DNA of 43,088 bases from Alphaproteobacteria bacterium (GTDB taxonomy: Bacteria; Pseudomonadota; Alphaproteobacteria; Puniceispirillales; Puniceispirillaceae): positions 2,497 through 45,584 of the forward strand of contig WTJO01000113.1 in assembly GCA_011524805.1 (NCBI GenBank). Reading direction: 5' to 3'. Each line of letters opens with the position of its first letter. Within the stretch, counting starts at the first letter, position 1. The translations under genes and the position numbers were made by a program. The notes beneath the pieces were generated by a model. The model saw only the letters and a list, made by a program, of their open reading frames with translations, ran no database searches and had not been told where the DNA came from. Shown in pieces: positions 17,044 through 25,684 of the stretch.

Positions 17044-17060
17044 TATGATAAAATATCATA
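17044..17060. promoter_or_regulatory. palindrome TATGATA-aaa-TATCATA upstream of the SDR gene
   Basis: Exact 7-bp arms, 22-38 nt upstream of the ATG at 17022. Confidence 0.25.
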
Positions 17061-17079
17061 ATGGCTATAGTCACAAAAT

Positions 17080-17100
17080 CCAGATTATTCCCGCATCTGG
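17080..17100 (-). terminator. weak intrinsic-terminator-like hairpin immediately after the ABC permease stop
   Basis: On the minus-strand RNA the structure is CCAGAU-(9 nt loop)-AUCUGG followed by AUUUUG. The stem is only 6 bp, so this is tentative. Confidence 0.3.
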
Positions 17101-17101
17101 C

Positions 17102-18817
17102 CTATAGTCTGAAAGCAGAAAAACGGCGATAGCGCACTCTTGCCAGCCCCTCGGCAACTATAAAAATTGTCAGCGGCAATAGCATCTGCATAAAGGCCGC
17201 TGCCCCAAGTGTCTGCCTGCCAGCCGCAGAGGCCAGAAGCACAGCTTCTGTTGTCAGTGTCTGGAATCTGCCAAGACCTGCAAAAATTGTTGGCAGATAT
17301 AGCGCTGCACTCACCGCAAAACCAATCGCAAAGGAAATCAGGATGGGCACCCCAAGTATCGGCAGTTTTACACGCCAGAACCGCCCCCATCTATCTGTGC
17401 CAAGCACCATCGCACATTGATCATACCGTATATCAAATTGCCGCCACTGCTCGGACAGGGACAGCATGATATAGGGAAATACAAACAGGCAATGCGCCCA
17501 TAAAATTGAGATAAACACGCCGTCTACCTTGAGCATAATCAGCAAAATCTGAAGCCCGAACAAAAACGCTGTTTGCGGCACCAGTAACGGCAGATAAATC
17601 ATAAATTCACCTGCTGCCGGCACGCTGTTAGGCGCTTTGCTGTGAGGTGAGTGGCCTGAGCCCAGTTCAAGCCAGCAAATCGCCATCACCATTGATAGCG
17701 CAGAGGCCAGCAGTCCCAGCATCAGGCTGTTCATCACCAGCGTTGCAAATAGCCCGCTATTGACCTGCCAACCGCCAAGCCCCCATTTTTGGGGCAGAAA
17801 ATCAGGGAACCGCCAGACATCAGCAAATGCCCATAACAGAGATGATGCCATGCCAGCGATTGCCAGACATACCGGCAACAAACAGATAATCAGCAACCCT
17901 GCCATCAGAAAACGGCGAAACTGTCTCGGACTGCCAAGCCGCCAGCCCTTCCCGACTATCCAGATTACCAGCTTTCCGATCATATGTGAGAGCGCAAACC
18001 AGCCTGCACAGCACAGGATAATCAGACCAAGCTGGCAGATGGCGGCAGCCGAACCGACAAAGCGCTTCATCAGATCAGGATCCTGAAACCAGTGAAAAAT
18101 CATCACGCTGAGAGGCGGCGGCGTGTTCGGTGCCAGAATAATCGCCATATCCACAACCGAAAGCGAAAATACCAGCACAATCAGCACTGATAACCTAAGC
18201 CGGCGTGCGATAAGGGGCTGAATCACAAGAAACCAGCCTGCCAGCCTGCCATAGCCAAGTGCTGCCGAACTTGCCAGATAGCCGCGTACATCAATCTGGC
18301 TGAGGGCGGACAGTCCCATCAGCACAAAAAATGGCAGCTCTTTTGCGATCAGCCCGACAATCAGCATCAGCCCATATTCATCTGGCACAATATTCAGATT
18401 TGGTGGCCTGTCCCAGCCTGTCAGTGCAGGCGATACTGCCCGCACCAGCCAACCGCTAGGCTGTAGCAGAAACATCAGACCAATCGCCACAGTGATATGC
18501 GGCACAGATAATAGGGGCGAGATCAGCCTGAACAGCCAGCGATTTGATTCGGCACCAAACAGGCACGCCAGTAATGTCATCGCCAGAAGATAGGATATGA
18601 TGGTTGCCACAATCCCTGTCCATAGGGACAGGCAGATAGCATGATATATGCCCGGCTGTGCAAATAGCTCAAAAAAAGCATCAGCAGATATTTCGGATCG
18701 CCCTAGAAGCGGAAACACCCCCAAGCCGGGCAGAAAAATACCTGCCAGCCCTGCCAGCACAGGCACTATCAGCACAATCAAAATAGTCAGCCGGACACCA
18801 TTCTGCATTAGCCACAC
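17102..18817 (-). CDS. ABC transporter permease, fused two-domain type (YnjC-like)
   Basis: 571 aa and very hydrophobic, with about 12 predicted TM stretches arranged as two tandem permease halves. The start is GTG at 18817 or ATG at 18808. Confidence 0.85.
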   Translation of the reverse strand: MWLMQNGVRLTILIVLIVPVLAGLAGIFLPGLGVFPLLGRSEISADAFFELFAQPGIYHAICLSLWTGIVATIISYLLAMTLLACLFGAESNRWLFRLISPLLSVPHITVAIGLMFLLQPSGWLVRAVSPALTGWDRPPNLNIVPDEYGLMLIVGLIAKELPFFVLMGLSALSQIDVRGYLASSAALGYGRLAGWFLVIQPLIARRLRLSVLIVLVFSLSVVDMAIILAPNTPPPLSVMIFHWFQDPDLMKRFVGSAAAICQLGLIILCCAGWFALSHMIGKLVIWIVGKGWRLGSPRQFRRFLMAGLLIICLLPVCLAIAGMASSLLWAFADVWRFPDFLPQKWGLGGWQVNSGLFATLVMNSLMLGLLASALSMVMAICWLELGSGHSPHSKAPNSVPAAGEFMIYLPLLVPQTAFLFGLQILLIMLKVDGVFISILWAHCLFVFPYIMLSLSEQWRQFDIRYDQCAMVLGTDRWGRFWRVKLPILGVPILISFAIGFAVSAALYLPTIFAGLGRFQTLTTEAVLLASAAGRQTLGAAAFMQMLLPLTIFIVAEGLARVRYRRFSAFRL

Positions 18818-18881
18818 ATCATCTTGTTATCACCTATAAAGTAATAGGACTGATGGACAGGGCAACTCAAAATGCGGAGCG

Positions 18882-18903
18882 GGCAGGAAGATATTATCCT
18901 GCC
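18882..18903 (-). other. intercistronic stem-loop between the substrate-binding-protein and permease genes
   Basis: GGCAGGA-(8 nt)-TCCTGCC with exact 7-bp arms, within the 133-nt gap between the two genes. Confidence 0.3.
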
Positions 18904-18950
18904 ATCACCCACACCCCTGACTATTTTATAGCTGATAAAACAGTTCAGGC

Positions 18951-20228
18951 CTATTGCGCAAAGCGCGCCTGCCATTTTTGTTCTATCAATGTCATCCAGT
19001 CAGGGTGAGGCTCTGCAAGCGCAGGAGATAATTCAGCCTCTGACAGGCTGGCAACGCCGCGCGGCAGGGCATTGAATTGCTGCTTTTGCTGGTCATTAAA
19101 TTTGGCAAATGACAGCACCGTAGGATCTCCCCAAATCTCGGAATTGGCCTTTCTTAGCTGGGCATCAAATGACAGCAGGAAATCTGCAACCAGCATCGCG
19201 CCTTCTGGCGCCGAGGCATTAAAGGGGATAGCCACAAAATGGATATTGGCAAGCGTGCCCTGTTCATGAATATAGCTTCGCACCGTATCAGGCAGAATCT
19301 GCTGCGAGATCGCATTTGAAAATTCCGCCGGATTGAAGGCAAAGGCGATTGTGACCTCGCCATCACCAAGCAGGCGCACCATCTCGGTATAATTGGCCGG
19401 ATAGGTTTTACCGCCACGCCACAAAGACGGAGTGACCTCGTCAAGCCAGTCAAATAGTGGTGCCAGATGCTGATCAGCATCATCTGAAGGAGGTGTCTGG
19501 AAGCGCGCAATATCGTCAGTTGTTTCAAGCAAAATCTGTTTCAGGAAGCTCGAGCCTGTAAAATCAGGCGGACGTGGATAGCTGAACCGCCCCGGATTTG
19601 CCTTGATCCAGTCTTTTAACGCAGCGGCCGAACGCGGAGGCGATGCCAGATAGGCGCTATCATATCCAAATACAAGCTGAGCCCGTCCCCATGGCGATTC
19701 ACGCCCTTCTGTCGGCAGAGCAAAATCTGTAACCAGCCCGGGCAGTGCTTCAGGGTCTGTAAGCTCAAAAGCAGGCAAATCAAATGCCCATTCATCTGTG
19801 CGCAGCAGCCCTTCACGGCTAAGGGTGGCAAAATTCTCACCATTCACCCAGATCAGATCGACAGACCCGCCTGCTGTTTTGCCAGCTACTTTTTCTGCCA
19901 GAATACGTGATACTGCCTCGGCTGTATCTGTCAGTTTCACATGTTCCAGCGTAATGCCATAACGTGCCTTTACCTGTTCTGCCACCCAGCCAATATAGCT
20001 GTTAATATTGGGACTGCCGCCCCATGCATTGAAATAGACGGTCTGGCCTTTGGCGGCCTGTTCCATCTGCTGGGCTGTGCTGGCTGTGGCGACAGAACTC
20101 CACCCTGTCAGACCGCCTAGCAGACCGGCGAGCATCCATAAAATAGCCAGTGCTGTTCTGCCAGCCTGTTGTGTTCTCTGCCATAGATTTATAGCAGGTG
20201 CCAGCCGCAAAAAAGTGAATGCATTCAT
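18951..20228 (-). CDS. periplasmic ABC transporter substrate-binding protein (YnjB-like)
   Basis: Signal-like N-terminus (ALAILWMLAGLLGGLTGWSSVATA). VYFNAWGGSPNINSYIGW block. The ATG at 20228 is preceded by GAAGGAGAG. The ORF-track start at 20399 adds 57 implausible residues. Confidence 0.8.
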   Translation of the reverse strand: MNAFTFLRLAPAINLWQRTQQAGRTALAILWMLAGLLGGLTGWSSVATASTAQQMEQAAKGQTVYFNAWGGSPNINSYIGWVAEQVKARYGITLEHVKLTDTAEAVSRILAEKVAGKTAGGSVDLIWVNGENFATLSREGLLRTDEWAFDLPAFELTDPEALPGLVTDFALPTEGRESPWGRAQLVFGYDSAYLASPPRSAAALKDWIKANPGRFSYPRPPDFTGSSFLKQILLETTDDIARFQTPPSDDADQHLAPLFDWLDEVTPSLWRGGKTYPANYTEMVRLLGDGEVTIAFAFNPAEFSNAISQQILPDTVRSYIHEQGTLANIHFVAIPFNASAPEGAMLVADFLLSFDAQLRKANSEIWGDPTVLSFAKFNDQQKQQFNALPRGVASLSEAELSPALAEPHPDWMTLIEQKWQARFAQ

Positions 20229-20402
20229 GATAAATCTCTCCTTCAAACGAGCCATGATGGCATTAATGATAGCTCTAGCATAGGACTTATTTCTTAATAT
20301 AGTGTTAATGCTTTGAATTATGGAAGACGGTAATCTGCACTTGTAAAACAGGCCAAAGATGCGCATAAGCAAACAGGGCATATTGCAACAGAAAGGCATA
20401 TC

Positions 20403-21035
20403 ATGCTGTGTATTTCAGATGCCGGACTTCGCTTTGATGAGACAGTGCTGTGTCAACATCTCAGCTTTGAGATTGCGCCCGCGCAGATAGGGCTGTTAAT
20501 GGCGCCAAGCGGGGCTGGCAAATCTACCTTGCTGAAATGGATTGCCGGCATCAAGGTGGCCGGCCTGACAGCGCATGGCTCGATAACGCTTAACGCAGAG
20601 GCGCTTGATGACAGGCGGGCTGAAGAAAGACATATCGGCTTTCTGTTTCAACAGCCACTATTATTTCCCCATCTGAATGTCGCCCAGAATATCAGCTTTG
20701 GGCTGAAGCCGGAAATAGCCGCCACGGACAGGCGTGCCACCATATCCGATATGCTTGCAAAAGCCGATATGGCAGGATTTGAGGCGCGCGATCCCGAAAC
20801 ACTCTCAGGCGGTCAGCAATCACGGGTAGCGCTGTTGCGCGCCGTGCTGGCCAGCCCTCGCGCATTATTGCTAGATGAGCCCTTTTCCAGTCTGGATGAT
20901 GCCCATAGATCAGATATTCTGTCCTTGCTGACAGATTTTATCACCATGCTTGATATTCCTGTCATTCTGGTTAGCCACGACCCCAGAGACGAGCATCTTG
21001 GCGATCTTATTTCGCTAAAACGAATCTCGTTCTAG
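20403..21035 (+). CDS. ABC transporter ATP-binding protein (short, YnjD-like)
   Basis: Walker A APSGAGKST, signature LSGGQQSRV, Walker B LLLDEPFSSLD. 210 aa. Confidence 0.9.
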   Translation: MLCISDAGLRFDETVLCQHLSFEIAPAQIGLLMAPSGAGKSTLLKWIAGIKVAGLTAHGSITLNAEALDDRRAEERHIGFLFQQPLLFPHLNVAQNISFGLKPEIAATDRRATISDMLAKADMAGFEARDPETLSGGQQSRVALLRAVLASPRALLLDEPFSSLDDAHRSDILSLLTDFITMLDIPVILVSHDPRDEHLGDLISLKRISF

Positions 21036-21053
21036 GCCATTTTCACAATCTGG

Positions 21054-23381
21054 CTAATTCCGCAAACTGCCTTTTCCGGCAAGCATATAATTGATTCTAT
21101 CTGCTGTCGGAGCCGTGCGGGCAAGATTGAGAAAGGCGCGGCGTTCACGATCATAGAGAATCTGCTCATCACAAGCTGTATCCTCTGGATTATCTGCAAC
21201 AATGATAGAGGCAATTGCCATGGCAACCACCTTGTCATGCGCAAAGAACTGACCGTTACTGATACCCTCATCCATAAAGTCGGACATTTTTTCAAGCAGG
21301 CTGGTTGAGGCAAGTTGCGGGGCTGGCGGGGCTGGTGGCTGATAGTCCGGAGCAAGCCTGCCAATCATCTCTATTGCGCTGGCAAGCAGCCTGTCCCTGT
21401 TCATCACCGTGCTGTCATGACTGTCTCTGAAATACTGGAAACGGGCGGCAAGCTGCGGAGATGTGCCTGTCGCTGCATAGCCAATTTGCATCCATGTTTT
21501 CCATGCTGCCTCATCCCAGTCAGATGTGGCCTGATACCAGCGTAAATAGCTTTCCTTAACACCGCCGCCAGAGGGCACAACCCCTACACCTGCCTCGACC
21601 AGACCCAGCGTGCAGTTGGTATGCACCACTAGCCTGTCGCAATGCATCAGCACCTCAAACCCGCCCCCTGCGGCAAGGCCGGATGCGGCACCAACCACCG
21701 GCACAGGACAGTATTTTAGCTGTTTTACGGCCTGCTGGAAACGAGCGAGAAAGCTATCCATTTCGATAAATTGCCGTGTTAAGATCAGATGCTGGAAATG
21801 GGTTAGATCAACACCGGCGGAAAAATGCTGGGCATCATTATGAATGATAATCCCTGAGCCGTGATGTTCAGCGGCAAAGCTGACCATCTCCATAGAGGCA
21901 TCGTTTAGCGCATTTGCCTTGCTGTGAAATTCAACCAGCCTGAGATCATTTTCCAGCGCATAGACGCTTGCTGCATCATTACCGGCCAGCTTTCTGGTAT
22001 ATTGGCGCATCATCGAAAAACGCATCGCCCCATCAGGCAAGCTGACAGGCTGATAGCCAGAAGACACAATATCAACCAGCAAACTGTCTGATGTAGCTTT
22101 ATAATAGGGCGAGGTGCGTTCTGTCAGCTGGTGCGGCAATGTCATATCCGCCTCATCTGCCATCTGAGCCAGCCGTTCCAGCCCGATAGCATCAATCAGC
22201 TCAAACGGCCCTCTTAGCCAGTTAAAGCCCAGCTTCATCGCATCATCTATATCCTGAGGTGAGCTGGTAATATCAGGCAGTAACGAGGCCGCATAGCCAA
22301 GGATGCCGACCAGCACTTTTCTGGCAAATTTACCTTCTGCCGAGCTATCATCCAGAATAGGGTCAAGCGGTTCCAGCTGTCTTGCCGCCGCCTCTGCCGA
22401 GGCATGCACAGGCGCTGGTAGTTCTGTCATCACCTCGCGCCAGCTATGGCCATCGCCGCCCTGTTCGATAATCCGCACCTGTCGCGCGCCCGCATCATCA
22501 TCACGATAAAAGCCGCAGCCCGATTTATTGCCAAAATCCCCTGCCGCTATCATCTGACGCATAATTTCAGGGTCATTGCCAACTGCATGAAACGCATCAT
22601 CTGGCGGCAGGATAGATCTCAGCGAACTTGCCACATCACTCATCAAATCAATGCCGATCAGATCATATAAACCGAAAATACCCGTCTTTGGAATCCCGAA
22701 CGGACGGCCAATATAGCTATCTGCAACATCTATCGCTATCTGCGCATCAATAGCATTATGCAGGGCGAATTGCAGGGCAAATACCCCTACCCTGTTGCCC
22801 AGAAATCCGGGCGTATCTGCACAGCGCACAACCCCCTTGCCAAGCACTTCATCATTAAAGCTGGCCAGCCTGTCCATCACCACATCATCTGTGTCCTGCC
22901 CCCGCACCAGCTCAAGCAGGCGCATAAATCGGACAGGATTGAAATAATGGGTGATGGCAAAACGCTGTCTGAATGTCTCCGGCATATCTTCAACCAAAAG
23001 CGATATCGGAATGGTTGAGGTGTTTGAGGTGACGATACAGTCAGTGCCAATGACCTGATGCAGTCTCTTATAAAGCTGTTTTTTGACATCTAGCCGCTCA
23101 ATAACAGCCTCGACAATCCAGTCACAGTGACCAAGCGCATCAAAATCATCTTCAATTGTGCCTGTGCGTATCAATTTGGCGACAGATTTATGCATTAGTT
23201 GCGGCGGGTCGGAAGCCATCAGCCTGTCTACCGCCAGCTCGGCAGGAGATTTTCCGCCTTTATCGCCAGCAGGCAAATCAAGCAACAGCACCGGGTGGCC
23301 GGCATTGGCAATCTGGGCGGCGATACCTGCCCCCATCGTGCCGGCACCTATGACTGCAATTGACGAAAATGAAGATGACAT
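21054..23381 (-). CDS. bifunctional 3-hydroxyacyl-CoA dehydrogenase / enoyl-CoA hydratase (FadN-type domain order)
   Basis: N-terminal NAD fold IAVIGAGTMGAGIAAQIANAGHPV. C-terminal crotonase-like region (...GGGFEVLMHCD...). 775 aa. AAGGA upstream of the ATG at 23381. Confidence 0.9.
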   Translation of the reverse strand: MSSSFSSIAVIGAGTMGAGIAAQIANAGHPVLLLDLPAGDKGGKSPAELAVDRLMASDPPQLMHKSVAKLIRTGTIEDDFDALGHCDWIVEAVIERLDVKKQLYKRLHQVIGTDCIVTSNTSTIPISLLVEDMPETFRQRFAITHYFNPVRFMRLLELVRGQDTDDVVMDRLASFNDEVLGKGVVRCADTPGFLGNRVGVFALQFALHNAIDAQIAIDVADSYIGRPFGIPKTGIFGLYDLIGIDLMSDVASSLRSILPPDDAFHAVGNDPEIMRQMIAAGDFGNKSGCGFYRDDDAGARQVRIIEQGGDGHSWREVMTELPAPVHASAEAAARQLEPLDPILDDSSAEGKFARKVLVGILGYAASLLPDITSSPQDIDDAMKLGFNWLRGPFELIDAIGLERLAQMADEADMTLPHQLTERTSPYYKATSDSLLVDIVSSGYQPVSLPDGAMRFSMMRQYTRKLAGNDAASVYALENDLRLVEFHSKANALNDASMEMVSFAAEHHGSGIIIHNDAQHFSAGVDLTHFQHLILTRQFIEMDSFLARFQQAVKQLKYCPVPVVGAASGLAAGGGFEVLMHCDRLVVHTNCTLGLVEAGVGVVPSGGGVKESYLRWYQATSDWDEAAWKTWMQIGYAATGTSPQLAARFQYFRDSHDSTVMNRDRLLASAIEMIGRLAPDYQPPAPPAPQLASTSLLEKMSDFMDEGISNGQFFAHDKVVAMAIASIIVADNPEDTACDEQILYDRERRAFLNLARTAPTADRINYMLAGKGSLRN

Positions 23382-23427
23382 GACATATCCTTATATTAGG
23401 TAAATGACCTGAAAATGTACGTAGACG

Positions 23428-24231
23428 CTAGTGCGGCAGGAAGGCACGTAATGGAGTATTAACGTCATCAGGATGTTCTGCAGGCAGCATATGGCCTGCC
23501 TTATCCACAATAACCAGCTCGGCATCTGGTATCATGTCTGCCAGCTTCTTGCCAAATTTTACAGGTGTCATTTTATCTGCTCCTGCCAGTATCACCAGCG
23601 TTGGCATGGTAATGTTGGCGGCGGCATCTGCACCTGAGCTATAGTTATTACAGGCTGTTAAATCTACATGCAACGCATCTGTGTGATTGGCGGCCATCAG
23701 CTGCCGGCCAAAGCCAAGATGCGAGAAGCCGGGCTGTGAGTTTTCATGCTTGTGCGCACGCAGCCCATGCCCCCAGCCTGTCATCATCTTAATCGCTGCA
23801 TCCAGCTTATTCTGAGAGGCAGAAACCAGATAGTCATTAACAGGGATAGCCGCCGCACAGCCTATCAGCACCAGCCTGTCAATCCGTTCCGGATGACGGG
23901 CGGCCAGTTCAAGCGCAACCAGCGCGCCCTGCGAATGACCTGCCAGAATAAAATTATCAACCCCTAGTCTGTCAGCAAGGCGCAGAACCCACGCCGCCAT
24001 ATCTTCGATTGACGTCAATGCATCACCTTCGGACAGACCATGTGCCGGAAAATCAGGCGCCACAATATTATAGCCATCATAGGCCAGAAGACGTGTCTGA
24101 AGCACCCATGTCAGATGGCTTTGCCCACTGCCATGCAAAAAGAAAATAAAGGGTCTATCCGGCTGGTGGGCTCTGCCGCCTGTCGCAATATGAATCTGGT
24201 TTCCATCAATAGACTGTTTCACGATGCTCAC
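23428..24231 (-). CDS. alpha/beta-fold hydrolase
   Basis: Oxyanion-region HGSGQS and nucleophile elbow GHSQGA. 267 aa. GTG start at 24231, with an alternative GTG at 24222 after AGGAG. Confidence 0.8.
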   Translation of the reverse strand: MSIVKQSIDGNQIHIATGGRAHQPDRPFIFFLHGSGQSHLTWVLQTRLLAYDGYNIVAPDFPAHGLSEGDALTSIEDMAAWVLRLADRLGVDNFILAGHSQGALVALELAARHPERIDRLVLIGCAAAIPVNDYLVSASQNKLDAAIKMMTGWGHGLRAHKHENSQPGFSHLGFGRQLMAANHTDALHVDLTACNNYSSGADAAANITMPTLVILAGADKMTPVKFGKKLADMIPDAELVIVDKAGHMLPAEHPDDVNTPLRAFLPH

Positions 24232-24260
24232 TCCTGATAAATCATGCCGCTACAGAGAGG

Positions 24261-25568
24261 CTAGGTTGCGGGCGCAGTTGCAAGGCGCGAGGCGGCCTTA
24301 AAGCCAATCTCGAAATCAGCCTTGATATCCTCAATATCTTCAAGCCCGACAGATAATCTGATCATATCATCACTCAACCCACCTGATTTCATCGCCTCGG
24401 CATCAATATGGGAATGGGTGGTGCTGGCAGGGTGGATAACAAGCGTTTTGGCGTCACCCACATTGGCAAGATGAGACGAAAGCTGGACAGATTCAATAAA
24501 GGCACGTCCTGCATCACGTCCGCCTTTCACACCAAAGGTGATGATCGAGCCTGCCCCCTTTGGCAATAGCTGTTTTGCCAGCTCATGATCCGGATGAGAC
24601 GGCAATTCAGGATGGCGCACCCACGCAACCTGTTCATGCTCACTCAGAAAAGCAAGCAGCTTGCGGGTATTTTCCATATGGCGCTGCATCCTTAGCCCCA
24701 GCGTTTCCATACCCTGAATAATATGAAATGCATTTGTTGGCGACAGGCAGGGTCCGAAATTATACATTGCCTCTGCTCTGAATTTCGCAGTAAAGGCCGC
24801 AGGGCCAAATTCTTCATGAAAATTTATCCCATCCATCGAATAATGGGGCTGTGCAATGGTCGGGAATTTATCATTCTGGCCCCAGTCGAACCGTCCGCCA
24901 TCAACGACTGCACCGCCAATCGCTACCCCGTGGCCACCAATCCATTTGGTCAGGGAATGAATAATAATATCTACCCCGTGATGACAGGGCTGCATCAGAA
25001 AGGGCGTATTAAAGGTTGCATCAATCATAAGCGGAATACCGGCTTCATGGGCAATCGCGCTAACCCTGTCCACATCCATAATATCAAGCCCCGGATTGCC
25101 GATAATCTCGCCAAAAATCACCTTGGTATTTGGACGAATAGCCGCCTTCATCGCGTCAGGGTCTGAGGCCGAGACAAAACTGGTCTCAATCCCGAAGCGC
25201 GGCAGCGTATATTTCAGCAGATTGACATTGGCACCGTAAAGCTGGGCAGAGGCAACAATATGATCTCCCTGCGAGCATAGCGTCATCAGTGCAGAGGTAA
25301 GTGCCGCCATACCTGAGGCTGTCGCGGTTGCAGCTACTGCATCTTCCAGTGCGGCCAGACGCTGCTCAAGCACCGCCACAGTCGGGTTTGAAATTCGCGT
25401 ATATAAATGCCCGCCAACTTCCATATTATATAGCGCGGCGGCATGACGTGTATCTTTGAACATATAGGATGTTGTCTGGTGAATAGGCACAGCGCGCGAG
25501 CCATGCGCATCATCTGGCCAGTGCCCTGCATGAAGGCTTAATGTATCAAACCTGTAATCATCACTCAT
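24261..25568 (-). CDS. metY: O-acetylhomoserine aminocarboxypropyltransferase (sulfhydrylase), PLP-dependent
   Basis: FDTLSLHAG..., HSLTKWIGGHG (PLP-Lys) and ...RLSVGLEDIEDI. The ATG at 25568 has AGGAG 10 nt upstream. The ORF-track start at 25574 is TTG. Confidence 0.93.
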   Translation of the reverse strand: MSDDYRFDTLSLHAGHWPDDAHGSRAVPIHQTTSYMFKDTRHAAALYNMEVGGHLYTRISNPTVAVLEQRLAALEDAVAATATASGMAALTSALMTLCSQGDHIVASAQLYGANVNLLKYTLPRFGIETSFVSASDPDAMKAAIRPNTKVIFGEIIGNPGLDIMDVDRVSAIAHEAGIPLMIDATFNTPFLMQPCHHGVDIIIHSLTKWIGGHGVAIGGAVVDGGRFDWGQNDKFPTIAQPHYSMDGINFHEEFGPAAFTAKFRAEAMYNFGPCLSPTNAFHIIQGMETLGLRMQRHMENTRKLLAFLSEHEQVAWVRHPELPSHPDHELAKQLLPKGAGSIITFGVKGGRDAGRAFIESVQLSSHLANVGDAKTLVIHPASTTHSHIDAEAMKSGGLSDDMIRLSVGLEDIEDIKADFEIGFKAASRLATAPAT

Positions 25569-25684
25569 GATCAATCGCTCCTGTCTGTTCTGTTCTCAGA
25601 ACAATTCTGTACCAACCTGTCCTGTATGATGTTGGCAATATATCTCTGTCAATATATCTATTGAATTTCTGTGGTATCTATCGC

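Noticed and set aside
20229-20399. 57-residue N-terminal extension of the substrate-binding protein ORF (482 aa in the track).
   Set aside because: The ATG at 20228 has a strong GAAGGAGAG RBS and is followed directly by a signal-peptide-like segment. The upstream residues (MPFCCNMPCLLMRIF...) look like translated intergenic DNA.
20229-20402. Possible TPP (or other) riboswitch in front of the YnjB-like binding protein gene.
   Set aside because: I found no CUGAGA/ACCUGAUCUGGAUAAUGCCAGCG-like TPP core on either strand, only short palindromes (GCCATGATGGC, CATTAATG, ATGCGCAT). An Infernal scan would settle this.
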